Of a stretch of 63,835 bases of DNA, positions 19,113 through 29,166 are shown in pieces. The stretch spans positions 1 through 63,835 of the forward strand of contig CAYSUJ010000005.1 in assembly GCA_964434285.1 (NCBI GenBank), given 5' to 3'. The stretch's first letter is position 1. Each line of letters starts with the position of its first letter. A program made the translations under genes and the position numbers. Origin of the DNA: an uncultured Candidatus Saccharibacteria bacterium. Lineage in GTDB: Bacteria; Patescibacteriota; Minisyncoccia; Phycocordibacterales; UBA2100. The notes beneath the pieces are model-generated. The model was not told where the DNA came from. It searched no databases and saw only the letters and a list, made by a program, of their open reading frames with translations.

Positions 19113-20477
19113 AGCCTGAGCGGCGACTAAGGCAGCAAGGCGTTCGCTCGACTTCCCATCCAAAGGGGATGCGAAACGTTCAATCATTTTCCGACGACCA
19201 TCCTGATGGAGAGTATTATGCTTGAGATACTCGAACAAAGCAGCTACAAGTTCTTTTTTACTGTTTACAACGGCGATACCTCCACACTCAAGCAGTGAAA
19301 GGCTATGATCGGCATGATCAGAAAATCGCGCCACAGAAAGCCAACCAGAGCGTGGTTTTGCGCTTTCAAAAGCAATCGCAACAAGAGGTTTTTCAAACGT
19401 CGCTGCGTCTATGAGCATGCTTGTGCCCGAAGCACTAACGACAACGTCAGAGTGGAATAGTGAATTAATTAGATGGGCAGTATGCCGCGCATCCATGCGT
19501 ATCCCGTTGTCACCTGAATGCAAGGGTGGAGCTCCTGAGTCGAAGTATACATGCTTCATTAAAGTACCGGGCGGGGCGTTATGGTGTGCGGGGTGAGCAC
19601 GAAAAATGAAATTCACAGGGGTTCCGAGAACATTACTTTGAGCAAAGTTTTCAAAAATAGGCATCAATGCTCCTTCGTCATGGAAAAGCGAATCACCGAC
19701 CGCGGCATACATAATGATTTTCTTCTGAGGATCAATTCCGAGTGTCTTACAAAACACTTCGCGAGATACGATCATCTCGCGAGAGATATGCGCGTCATAG
19801 TGTGGTAATCCGGTTACCTTGATTGTGGTCTCACATACGTCGTGCCGGGCAATGGCAGTCGTCCGAATATATTCGTTTTGAGCGATGAAAAGGTCGGGTA
19901 GGAACCGCAGAAAACCGTACGTCGAAAGATTGTCCCAACTACGCACCATGCCAATTGTTTTAATACCACGTCTTTTTGCCTCACGCAGTAGTGGTAGGTC
20001 AATCGAACGATCGAGCAGCATGGTCGAAAGAACGACCGATGGATTATAAGTATCAAATACACGCTCACAATCTGTAGCACCTTTCAGAAACGAATCAGTA
20101 TAACGAATGAACAGGCGAAAGAATTTGTTATTCCCAAAAATTAAAGCCATACTGCGCTTAATGTAAGGATGCACACGACTCTGCCCTAGTAGATATGCGC
20201 GCCACTGCATAAGATATAGAGTTTTTGATAGAAAACAATTCATCGCAAGAAATGTAACAATTTTCTCTCGCATACTCGGTGGCGGAACAGCAATAGACTC
20301 GACCGCGACATTCTTCCCTGCGAGACGCTTTTTATACTCGACCTGCTTTTCGGGTCTGCATACAAAGACGACCCGAAGCCCGTAATGGTCTGTCAAAAGA
20401 CGTGGGATGCGTGTCTGGGCGATATTACGGACAACTGCTTCATCCGCCAAAGAGATCATTATTGTGCGATTCGACAT
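19101..20477 (-). CDS. GT-B-like glycosyltransferase of unknown specificity (candidate nonulosonate/polymer transferase)
   Basis: The ORF is 458 aa from the internal ATG (MSNRTIMISL). It has a two-lobed layout with FRAHPAHH and VVSASGTSMLIDA segments that recall TagF/capsule-type GT-B enzymes. The assignment rests mainly on context. Confidence 0.35.
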   Translation of the reverse strand: MSNRTIMISLADEAVVRNIAQTRIPRLLTDHYGLRVVFVCRPEKQVEYKKRLAGKNVAVESIAVPPPSMREKIVTFLAMNCFLSKTLYLMQWRAYLLGQSRVHPYIKRSMALIFGNNKFFRLFIRYTDSFLKGATDCERVFDTYNPSVVLSTMLLDRSIDLPLLREAKRRGIKTIGMVRSWDNLSTYGFLRFLPDLFIAQNEYIRTTAIARHDVCETTIKVTGLPHYDAHISREMIVSREVFCKTLGIDPQKKIIMYAAVGDSLFHDEGALMPIFENFAQSNVLGTPVNFIFRAHPAHHNAPPGTLMKHVYFDSGAPPLHSGDNGIRMDARHTAHLINSLFHSDVVVSASGTSMLIDAATFEKPLVAIAFESAKPRSGWLSVARFSDHADHSLSLLECGGIAVVNSKKELVAALFEYLKHNTLHQDGRRKMIERFASPLDGKSSERLAALVAAQALIY

Positions 20478-20526
20478 ACTTTTCTCTTTACATAAACTAG
20501 CATTCGTAGAGTGACTCACCACATGG

Positions 20527-21165
20527 TTACTTAAACCACTCAACAATCGATATTCTCACCTGCTCCACTCTTGCCCTTAGTCTGAGAAAAACAAAAGGGC
20601 GAATGTTAGTTGCAATTAGTCGTGGTTCACCTTTCCGAAAGGCAAGTATCGTAACAGAACCTTCGCCCAACTGTGGCGCATAGTCTAACTTACACATGCG
20701 CTGGAGGGCTGCCTGCATCAGGAAGCCGTGCGATACGACGCACACATTTTTCTCAGACTGGCTTGCATATTCAGTGATTGCATCAACAAACAAATCGATC
20801 GCCGCTCTCAGCGACTGCCCACCTTCAGGCTCTGAGTCAAGATTTGTGAGAAGTTGCCGCTTAATTTCTTTAGCTTTTTGCTTATCAATTCGCGACTGGG
20901 AAAGCACTTGTTCATTTAAGCGCTCATCTACCACAACACGCGCATTGGTCTCTTCTTGGATTACGCGGGCAGTTTGCTTTGATCGCTCAAAAACACTTGT
21001 ATACGTTACGGAAATCGCGCGTGACTTTAGGAAACGTGCAACTGCACGAGCCTGCTGAAAGCCGAATGGAGTAAGAGTCACACGTGCAGCTTCTAGAGGA
21101 AGTAGATTATCGTTAGGGTAATCCTGGCAGTGTCTCACAAGAAAAACAGTAGTCTCATTCGCCAT
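20527..21165 (-). CDS. Histidine phosphatase family protein (phosphoglycerate-mutase-like)
   Basis: It has an RHG-type motif (VFLVRHCQ) and a second His motif (VVSHGF). The start was set at MANETTVFLVRH, which abuts the upstream stop. Confidence 0.7.
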   Translation of the reverse strand: MANETTVFLVRHCQDYPNDNLLPLEAARVTLTPFGFQQARAVARFLKSRAISVTYTSVFERSKQTARVIQEETNARVVVDERLNEQVLSQSRIDKQKAKEIKRQLLTNLDSEPEGGQSLRAAIDLFVDAITEYASQSEKNVCVVSHGFLMQAALQRMCKLDYAPQLGEGSVTILAFRKGEPRLIATNIRPFVFLRLRARVEQVRISIVEWFK

Positions 21166-21167
21166 AC

Positions 21168-22439
21168 TTATGAAGTATATAAAGGGTGAACTTTTACATG
21201 TTGCCTTAGTGGATCTCGTGGTATTTCGAGCATCGCGTAAGGCTTTTGATCGTCCAGATGAAATATTAAAAATGACGCACAATCGTCGTCTTTATTTGTA
21301 TCAGGCACTTTGATTACAAAATCACTTTTAAGTACCTCGGGATGCATAGGTGCGATTCTTTGAATTAGAGACAATGGTCGCATTTGAGACCTCCTACTCG
21401 CTACGATCATATAGCTAGATAGAAAAAGACCCGGGACACCGAGGAGTAGAGACATGTAGATTAAAAAACGCCACTTGCGGGTATATTGATTACGCAAGAT
21501 GGCACTTTTGAGCACAAAAAGAACGGCGCTCCATCGGCTAGGCATAATCATGACTGGCGCCTTGTAACTCGCGAAAGGTAAGTAAAACATCTGAAAAGGC
21601 AGCCCGGCTTTTATTAGGAGTCGCCTATAGCTAAAATAACTATAAATATATGTTCGGTAACTCTCGTGCCCACGGTGCTTAGCGTACAAATTCGCCAACC
21701 AACGCGGAATTTGAGCAGTATATGGCAATTTTGAGTGAGGGTCTCGGAAAAAATAACCTGGGAAAAGTCTATTTTCAATAGCAAGATACATAACTCCCGC
21801 ATCAACAAGGAAGGAAGAGGCGTGCTTGAGAAATTTTTTTTGAAGCTCTTGCGGATCTTCGTCGAGCTTGGCCACGCCAACCCATTCCATCACGCCACTC
21901 ACAATAACCGCGTCAAATTGACGTTCGTGAAATGGTAGGTTACAAAATTCGAAAGGATCTGCGTGCACATACTCAATATTCGTGAGACCTTCGCTCTCTG
22001 CACGCATTTTGATAAACTCCAACAACTCAAGAGACGTATCTACTGCAATCACTTTTTTATAGAAACGCGCCAACGGAATTGTTATATTTCCATATCCTGA
22101 CCCAAGATCAAGTACCGCACTATCAGCACTAAGTGGAAGCAGAAAGTGAAAGTCCGCACGCTCAGTATTGTCAATATACTGAAGAAACTTATCGCGTTTC
22201 TCAGTCTCAAAAACAAACTCTTCCCTAGCCTTGGTGTAACCTGACACCCCCGCTAATTCAAGAAATTTCCGCATTTGTTCACGAGCAATCAGTCCCCAGT
22301 AGTAATCGCGCCGCGTAAAAACTTTAATACCGCGCTCTATTTTGATCGGTGGATGTGAATACATAAATTTCAAATTCGTTCTGAGAGAGCGCCCGCATAA
22401 TTGCCCCCAATTGGCATGGGAGTGTAACACACCGGGCAT
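21168..22439 (-). CDS. Class I SAM-dependent methyltransferase with a C-terminal membrane-associated extension
   Basis: 423-aa ORF with SAM motif I (VLDLGSGYGNITIP) and a hydrophobic segment (FLIYMSLLLGVPGLFLSSYMIVA). Confidence 0.65.
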   Translation of the reverse strand: MPGVLHSHANWGQLCGRSLRTNLKFMYSHPPIKIERGIKVFTRRDYYWGLIAREQMRKFLELAGVSGYTKAREEFVFETEKRDKFLQYIDNTERADFHFLLPLSADSAVLDLGSGYGNITIPLARFYKKVIAVDTSLELLEFIKMRAESEGLTNIEYVHADPFEFCNLPFHERQFDAVIVSGVMEWVGVAKLDEDPQELQKKFLKHASSFLVDAGVMYLAIENRLFPGYFFRDPHSKLPYTAQIPRWLANLYAKHRGHESYRTYIYSYFSYRRLLIKAGLPFQMFYLPFASYKAPVMIMPSRWSAVLFVLKSAILRNQYTRKWRFLIYMSLLLGVPGLFLSSYMIVASRRSQMRPLSLIQRIAPMHPEVLKSDFVIKVPDTNKDDDCASFLIFHLDDQKPYAMLEIPRDPLRQHVKVHPLYTS

Positions 22440-22442
22440 ATA

Positions 22443-23828
22443 TTACAGAGTCTCGAAAAAACGTGTCCACTTACTAGGTGACCAAAATACGCTGACATTT
22501 GATTTGACAAACTGAATAATTTTTTTGTCACTATCATTTAAATATACCATGTTCTTTAGATTCATTTTCATTTCTGGAAGGAGCTTCAGGAGTGCACGCC
22601 AACGTTCCCACATGATAAGCATATTCGAGGCAACGACTTCGACCGCAATCCCAGCGATTCCCAAAGTCATTACGCTAATAGGTAGCACAATAAGTAATAT
22701 TACTATCCTCAAAATCTCAATCAAAAACCAACTTCGCTGTTGCTTAAATGCAACAAAAACGGTGAGGTGTAAGGCTTTCACCAGTCCCGTCACGACTATA
22801 ATCAGCATCAGAAGTAAGAGCGTTAGCGCTTGTGTGTATGCAGGAAAAATAAGTGGAACAATTAGAGGCAGTATGACCGCAGAGAAAATCACAACGCATA
22901 TACCAATTAGTGACTGGTAGCGCGTCATCTGAATAATCAAAAAATGCAACTTATGACGATTATGCATTATAGACGGCAGATAAGATCCTATAACTGGCGC
23001 AGTATTAAACAGACTCGTCAGCTGTGTCACAATACCCAGTGCAAAAGAGAATAATCCGACTGCTTCCGTGCCAAGCATTACTTTGATAATCCACAGGCGG
23101 AGATTCTGCGTAATCGTACCAACATACGAAGCGGCAACCCCCCACTTACGATGATCACGTAGCAGGCGCCAAAAAGGTAATGTACCGTCTGTAGCAACAC
23201 CCCAAAAAGTACGTAGAGCAGAAATTGTCCGCGGAGCAAAAACTGTAATCACAACCACCTGCGCCAACACCGAAGCATATAGAACCCCATCCGCACCTCG
23301 GTCTAGTATAGGCAACATGATGATGAGTGAAACAAATTTTGCCACTTCTTCTGTTGTAGAAAAAAAAGCTTGATCCACATGTCGCACAAATACAAACGGC
23401 ATCATACTTGACGCTGTACGGAGTGGCGAAAGCAAAAAAAGGAAAGCAACTATTTTAAAATAATAATCAATTAAACTATTGCCTGTGAAGTACCCAATGA
23501 CAGAAGAACCAAAAAAAAGTAGGGCCCATGCTAAGAATCCAATGATTAATTGGAAAGAAAAAAATTCAATGAACAGCGCTTTCATCTTCGTGTGATTGTG
23601 GCGAGCCCTTTCCAAACCCAAATCTGCGGTTACGATTGAGGTAAGGCCTGGTAGCATAAACAGACCAATCGTAGAAACTATTGACATGGTCAGCTCTACA
23701 AGGCCATATTCGTAAACTGTAATGCTCGAAAGAATCAGTAGTATGTTCGCAAATATTACTATTTTACCGAGCGCTGTCCCCAATGTGTTCCAGGCGATTC
23801 CGGTGCCAATAATACGCACTGTACTCAT
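22443..23828 (-). CDS. Oligosaccharide/polysaccharide flippase (Wzx/MOP superfamily)
   Basis: 461-aa ORF with about 12-14 predicted TM helices, located in a glycan cluster. Confidence 0.6.
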   Translation of the reverse strand: MSTVRIIGTGIAWNTLGTALGKIVIFANILLILSSITVYEYGLVELTMSIVSTIGLFMLPGLTSIVTADLGLERARHNHTKMKALFIEFFSFQLIIGFLAWALLFFGSSVIGYFTGNSLIDYYFKIVAFLFLLSPLRTASSMMPFVFVRHVDQAFFSTTEEVAKFVSLIIMLPILDRGADGVLYASVLAQVVVITVFAPRTISALRTFWGVATDGTLPFWRLLRDHRKWGVAASYVGTITQNLRLWIIKVMLGTEAVGLFSFALGIVTQLTSLFNTAPVIGSYLPSIMHNRHKLHFLIIQMTRYQSLIGICVVIFSAVILPLIVPLIFPAYTQALTLLLLMLIIVVTGLVKALHLTVFVAFKQQRSWFLIEILRIVILLIVLPISVMTLGIAGIAVEVVASNMLIMWERWRALLKLLPEMKMNLKNMVYLNDSDKKIIQFVKSNVSVFWSPSKWTRFFETL

Positions 23829-23887
23829 GTTATCGGCATACTATCATCATCAACGAAACCTGCCACAAGACAGGTATTGATTCGTCG

Positions 23888-26347
23888 TTATATATCCCCC
23901 ACCACACCCAACCATTTCAAGACTGGTAATTCATTGTTGAGCCCTTGGTACTCGAACCGTACCCGGTGATTGCCGGAAGGCACATAGACTGCCATGAAAA
24001 GCCCGTTTGCTCGCACAATCGAAACAGGCTCACCGTCGATCGAGGCAACCCACCCCGGGAGATAGGATTCTGAAAGAACCAGATATCCCCCACCCTTCAC
24101 GTCGACTACATGTAATCCATTCTGAGCGATATGGTTCTCGATCACTCCCCCACCACTCTTTGAACAGAGCTCGCAATCAAGATAGACTTCGCCCTCAAAT
24201 GCACGGCTCGAGGATGCATAAAGCGACATAAAGTTTTCATGCGGTTCCCCATATACTACGCGAGGCATGTAGACGATGGGATAAGGGTTAGCAACTTCAT
24301 ACAGACGTAAGAGGAGATTGTAATCGGTTATACGTTCTTCCCCCCGCAAAACGAGGCGGGGATGCCTGAGCTCAACGCCAGAAATAACATACTTTGCGCC
24401 CATCATGGCGAGCACTCCGGGGTTCGCGAGGAGGCGCTGCGTGCGCTCCTCATAAGTCCCTGCCCCATAGCCCGCATAGAGTTCGCCACCGACCGCCTCC
24501 ATCGCAGTCAACATGTCGGTCGTCTCAAATTGATCGTAGCCATCGATACTCTTCATGCCGTGATGCAAGTGATAATTCGGTACACCAGCACGGACCGTAA
24601 GTTTTTTAACCGCGTCCATTTCCTTCTCAGAAAGTTTGTATTGCGGCGGGATCGCATTTGAAACAGCTGCATTAGCGAGAAAGGAATAGAATCGGTATTC
24701 GCGCACATCATTTTCGTTTGCATAGTCGAGCGCGAGATGTGGAGCCGCTCCGGCGTTTTCCGGATGATAAAACTGCTCATAACGCAGTACGGGAATCATC
24801 AGTACCGTGGCACAACTGACGATGAGTGCACTACGTCGAAACGCCTCATTACTGATCCGCTGACGCATAAAAGCCAACATGGTAGCAACAGAGAGCCCCA
24901 GTACGAGCGTAGGTAAAAGGATATTCATGTCGCTGAAAGAGAGTAGTTCTCGATACGCAGAAATCCCCCGCTCGATCGCTCCAGCGTAGTGCTCACTTCC
25001 TTTGGACATGCCGAGAAGTGAGTAAAGACCTGCCGCACTTGCAATTGTGTGCACCCATTCAGCAACCGTGCCGCCGATTCGCTCTGACAAAATATTACTT
25101 ATGATAATAAAACCGAGGAGCGCCGCGTAACATGCAAGCGCTACGTAGAGGACAACGCGCACTGTTCTCTCCCGTAGGAAGATTGCAAAGCGATCGAAAC
25201 CGAATGCGCCGAGAAGCGCGAGGAAGAATGCGCCAACATACATGAAGCGATACGGGAATCGGAATAGCTCAAAAAGCGGCAGCTTACTCAAGAGATAGTA
25301 GAGAGGTGAATACGCAACAGAACACAGGAGGAGAAAAAGTGCCGTAACACCAACCGCAGCAAGGCGTGATTCATTAAATGGCACGTACTTTTTCCTCGCA
25401 AATCGGGTCGCCACATATGCGAGCGCGGCAATCGCGAACAGATTCCACAGCGCGCCAACATACAGTGGCTTACGCCCCGCAGTCACATACGGAATGTAAA
25501 AATGGTCAGGCACTGCTATCAATGCGAAATCACCGAGCGCAACAACTTTCCTCGTCGCATCTGCGTACGACACACTCTCGGATCGCGCGCTCTGTGGCAA
25601 CAGCGAAAGTGCGGGAATAATGAACGGCAATCCGATGAGAATGCCGCATGCGATACCCGCGCAGATCACCCATCCTTTCGCCACGATCGAGCGGAATGAT
25701 TCCCTTTTTTCGAGCAGGATGCGAACGATGGTATAGACACCCGCTGCAAGAAGCGCATAAAGGACGATTTGCGTGTAGCCAGCGAGCAGCGTACTTCCGA
25801 CACCGAGGCCGAGAAGCGCGATAGCAGATCTCTTTCGCAACGTCGAATCTAAGACGCCGCTCGCCACGTACATAAGTAGAGGCACGAGAAAGAGCGTGTT
25901 GGCAATTAAAGGATTTGAGATGAAACGTGTATGGAACGCAATGAGAAAGCTTGGACCAACGAGCGCAGATGCGGTCCGAGAAATGCCCAACGAACGTGAC
26001 GCAAGATACGAAAACGTGAACGTCAAGACAATATCGAAGAAAATGCGAATGTGCGTGCCGGTAAACCCATCAAAAAAACTGAAGATAACGAGGTTGAATG
26101 GATCGAGAAATCCTGCGACCTGACTCGCGTATGCCGGAAACCCTGAGAGCATGCCCGGAACCCACAAGAACGACTGCCCTGATTGGAGCGCACGAGCATA
26201 AAAATCGAATAATGGATAATAGTACAGCGCAGTATCGTGATCAGTAATGTGTATGGCCAATCCCCACAATCCCGGTGCAACCCACGCAAGGGCGAGCGCG
26301 ACAGAAGCAATCGCTACGAGCACGCGCTTATCGTTCCAAACCTTCAT
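23888..26347 (-). CDS. YfhO-like large polytopic membrane protein (putative GT-C extracytoplasmic glycosyltransferase)
   Basis: About 820 aa from the internal ATG (MKVWNDKRVLV). Many N-terminal TM helices are followed by a large C-terminal soluble domain that ends in a beta-rich region. Confidence 0.45.
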   Translation of the reverse strand: MKVWNDKRVLVAIASVALALAWVAPGLWGLAIHITDHDTALYYYPLFDFYARALQSGQSFLWVPGMLSGFPAYASQVAGFLDPFNLVIFSFFDGFTGTHIRIFFDIVLTFTFSYLASRSLGISRTASALVGPSFLIAFHTRFISNPLIANTLFLVPLLMYVASGVLDSTLRKRSAIALLGLGVGSTLLAGYTQIVLYALLAAGVYTIVRILLEKRESFRSIVAKGWVICAGIACGILIGLPFIIPALSLLPQSARSESVSYADATRKVVALGDFALIAVPDHFYIPYVTAGRKPLYVGALWNLFAIAALAYVATRFARKKYVPFNESRLAAVGVTALFLLLCSVAYSPLYYLLSKLPLFELFRFPYRFMYVGAFFLALLGAFGFDRFAIFLRERTVRVVLYVALACYAALLGFIIISNILSERIGGTVAEWVHTIASAAGLYSLLGMSKGSEHYAGAIERGISAYRELLSFSDMNILLPTLVLGLSVATMLAFMRQRISNEAFRRSALIVSCATVLMIPVLRYEQFYHPENAGAAPHLALDYANENDVREYRFYSFLANAAVSNAIPPQYKLSEKEMDAVKKLTVRAGVPNYHLHHGMKSIDGYDQFETTDMLTAMEAVGGELYAGYGAGTYEERTQRLLANPGVLAMMGAKYVISGVELRHPRLVLRGEERITDYNLLLRLYEVANPYPIVYMPRVVYGEPHENFMSLYASSSRAFEGEVYLDCELCSKSGGGVIENHIAQNGLHVVDVKGGGYLVLSESYLPGWVASIDGEPVSIVRANGLFMAVYVPSGNHRVRFEYQGLNNELPVLKWLGVVGDI

Positions 26348-27674
26348 GGTGACGATCGTACCATCGGAATCCCACAATAAACGCACTAAACAACAAAAAT
26401 CCCTCCACTGGTACCCGATACCGCGCATTCGAGACAGGTCCTGTCAAAAGAGCAAAATACACCACTAACCCGGCACAAAAGAGCGCCGGAAACCATATGC
26501 GTCCCATAACCGTACGCATGGTCTCGATCATAAAAAGCACCGTCACCGTGCCCCAGAATCCGGTGCCCACGAGAAGCAACGTTACCGCCAAACCCCCACT
26601 AAGAATGTACTCAAAAATGAGTGGTACATCGAAACGCATGAGCGCTGTCGATATGTTCGGCATGGCGCCAATGTCGACATTGAACAGGCGGATTGTATCG
26701 CGCAACCCATCGGTTATGAAAAAGGGTATCGTTTTCACAACATGGAAAAAAGTATAGGACAACTCGTTCCCGCGTATGATTTCTCTGAACGTATCGGTGA
26801 ATACGGCACTTCGTGCAAGCGAATGAGATTCTTCGCGTGGCAGTGCCGTCTGTGCTTCTCGGAATGAAGCGAGAAGCGCCACCGCCCTCTCGTCGCTACG
26901 CCACTTGAGAAATTCCGGCGCGTTGTAGAGCATCAGATTCGCGGCGCCGACCGAAGAAACATTCCAGGAGTCGAAGAGGACGTGATTGCGATACATCCAT
27001 GGAGCGACTACGGCCAGCGACGTTACGCATAACACACTCGCAGCGATGATACCTTTCTTCCATGATTCCCCTGTTACAAGCGCAAACGCACCGCAAAGCA
27101 GGGGTAAAAACAACGCGATCGGACGGACGAAGATGGCAACGCCGAGAAGGAGACCGCATAGAAAAGCTGCCTTATACGCCTGCGGTATACGCATGAGACA
27201 GAGAATCGCAGCAAGAAATACGACGGTAAAAAACGCGTCTGACAGGAAGGAGGCAGAGAGGAAAAGACGAACGGGTTCGAACACAAAAACAATCGCAGAC
27301 CAGAATGCCGCGCGTTCGTGATAGGCGCGTAAGAGCGTATAGAGCAAGATGGGGGCGCTGCTCACGAGAAACGCGTGTATGAACAGTGCGGTATAAGAAA
27401 CTCCGACTATACTGAAAATGAGTGCTAAAAATACTGGGTACCCAGGTGAACGAAAGCTCTCTGGATAATACGGCTCGCTCACGGCGACAGAAAAGACTCC
27501 ATTATTGCGAATGTTCTCTGCGAGTAAGACATACCCCCTGCTATCCCCCGTGAGATGCAGCGGATTTAATTCTTGCTTCTCGGCGGCCATGATGAGCGCT
27601 GCGCACGCGGCAAGCGTGACGAAGACGGAGGTAGCAGCGACGATAAGGAAACGTGTCTCGTATAGAAGGTTCAT
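26328..27674 (-). CDS. GT-C family membrane glycosyltransferase (ArnT/PMT, GT39/GT83-like)
   Basis: 448-aa polytopic ORF. Its N-terminal loop reads GDSRGYVLLAENIRNNG...YYPESFRSPGYPVFLA, which is typical of ArnT/PMT-like enzymes. Confidence 0.55.
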   Translation of the reverse strand: MNLLYETRFLIVAATSVFVTLAACAALIMAAEKQELNPLHLTGDSRGYVLLAENIRNNGVFSVAVSEPYYPESFRSPGYPVFLALIFSIVGVSYTALFIHAFLVSSAPILLYTLLRAYHERAAFWSAIVFVFEPVRLFLSASFLSDAFFTVVFLAAILCLMRIPQAYKAAFLCGLLLGVAIFVRPIALFLPLLCGAFALVTGESWKKGIIAASVLCVTSLAVVAPWMYRNHVLFDSWNVSSVGAANLMLYNAPEFLKWRSDERAVALLASFREAQTALPREESHSLARSAVFTDTFREIIRGNELSYTFFHVVKTIPFFITDGLRDTIRLFNVDIGAMPNISTALMRFDVPLIFEYILSGGLAVTLLLVGTGFWGTVTVLFMIETMRTVMGRIWFPALFCAGLVVYFALLTGPVSNARYRVPVEGFLLFSAFIVGFRWYDRHHEGLER

Positions 27675-28396
27675 GATTTGCGCACAACAGCGACGAGAGA
27701 AACTCCGAACGGGAGCGGAATTATTCGCAACAGAAACCGTTCGCTACTGAATATCCACGCAAGAACGCGATTGAGAAATGCAGGCGATTTGTCGAAATCG
27801 TTACTTTCGTGTTTGTAACTTAGTTTCCCCACAAGACGCACCAATGCAATGAGTGGAAATAAAAAGAAGTTGTAATAGCTGAGCACGTGTACCTCGAAGC
27901 CGGTTTCTAGGAAAAGCTTGCGCAGTTCATGCTTGCGGTAGCGTCTGAAGTGGTGCGCACGTTCGTCGTGGGGACTCCACAAGAATCGGAACGCGGGCAC
28001 AGTGATCACGGCAATCCCTCCTTTCTTCAGAACCCTATGCACATCTTCGAGTGCCGTCATATCATCTTTTAGGTGCTCGAGTACGTCGAGCAGAGCTACG
28101 ACATCGTAGGTATCGGAAGGAACCTCGTGTGATGGAAATCCCGACTGCAGTATTGCAACGTTGGGAGCAGTTTTTTTTGCGAAAGCAATTGCTTCTGGCG
28201 CAGGATCAAGTCCATGCACATCGTAACCTTGTTCGGAAAACGCTTTTGCATTGAATCCGGTCCCGAGTCCAATGTCGAGCAGTTTCCCCTTTGGAGCGAA
28301 GCGACGCATGAGATCGAACACAACGTTGCGTCGACCCTGAAACCACCAGTGGTTTTTTTCAAGCTCTGCCATTTCTGCGTACATTCCTTTTTCCAT
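27671..28396 (-). CDS. Class I SAM-dependent methyltransferase
   Basis: It has motif I (LLDIGLGTGFNAKAFSEQGYDVHGLDP) and LLDVLEHL. The start was set at the ATG (MEKGMYAE) just after the upstream stop. Confidence 0.75.
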   Translation of the reverse strand: MEKGMYAEMAELEKNHWWFQGRRNVVFDLMRRFAPKGKLLDIGLGTGFNAKAFSEQGYDVHGLDPAPEAIAFAKKTAPNVAILQSGFPSHEVPSDTYDVVALLDVLEHLKDDMTALEDVHRVLKKGGIAVITVPAFRFLWSPHDERAHHFRRYRKHELRKLFLETGFEVHVLSYYNFFLFPLIALVRLVGKLSYKHESNDFDKSPAFLNRVLAWIFSSERFLLRIIPLPFGVSLVAVVRKS

Positions 28397-28397
28397 A

Positions 28398-29144
28398 TTA
28401 TCGGTACTTCCCTTGCACAAAGCGTATCAAAATCAGCGTCATTCCCTTTAATGAGCGAAACACATCGCGTACGGGCCGTATGCGCGAATCAGGATCGTCG
28501 GTCCACGTGACTGGCAATTCAATAAAATGGTGTCCACGGATTTTTGTGACGAACACTTTCTCGGCTTCAGCAACATAATAATGATCGAATTGATGTTTAA
28601 AAACATCGTGTGCCGCTAACCGGCGATACATTTTGAAGCCGAGTGTGAAATCAGTTGTCCGCCACATCCAAAACAATGCTCGCGCAAGAAACAAAAAGCC
28701 GTATCCTAAAAAAATTCTGAGAGGTGGTTGCCAAAGTACGATACGCGATTCTGGCAATTCGCGACTCCCGAATATCACATCGAGTTCAGTATCGTTTTCA
28801 AAACGCTCGACGAAGCGAATAATTGCTTCGTCGGCAACAGACCCATCGGCATCGGTTTCTAATATAAGGCTGCCACGCGATTCAAAAATACCCTTCTTAA
28901 CCGCGGCTCCGCGTCCATGATTAGCGCCGTCGCTGACAAGGCGTATCTCTGGATATTTTCCGGCAAGTTCTTGCACCACTGCGAGCGTCGCATCGGTACT
29001 GCCATCATCAACCACAATCACCTCAAACGACACGTGCTCACCCTGAAGATAGGGCACCGTACGCTGTAACGTTTTCGGAAGACGTTTTTCTTCGTTGTAG
29101 GCTGGAATCACTAGGGAAAGGAGGGGTTCCGTAGGATTTTGCAT
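28398..29144 (-). CDS. GT2 polyprenyl-phosphate glycosyltransferase (GtrB/CsbB/DPM1-like)
   Basis: It contains LSLVIPAYNEEKRLPKTL...VVDDGSTDAT...TDADGS. The start was chosen at MQNPTEP (29144) to avoid overlap with the divergent gtrA-like gene. Alternative starts lie at 29180 and 29327. Confidence 0.75.
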   Translation of the reverse strand: MQNPTEPLLSLVIPAYNEEKRLPKTLQRTVPYLQGEHVSFEVIVVDDGSTDATLAVVQELAGKYPEIRLVSDGANHGRGAAVKKGIFESRGSLILETDADGSVADEAIIRFVERFENDTELDVIFGSRELPESRIVLWQPPLRIFLGYGFLFLARALFWMWRTTDFTLGFKMYRRLAAHDVFKHQFDHYYVAEAEKVFVTKIRGHHFIELPVTWTDDPDSRIRPVRDVFRSLKGMTLILIRFVQGKYR

Positions 29145-29166
29145 CAGCACATCATATACTGGATTT

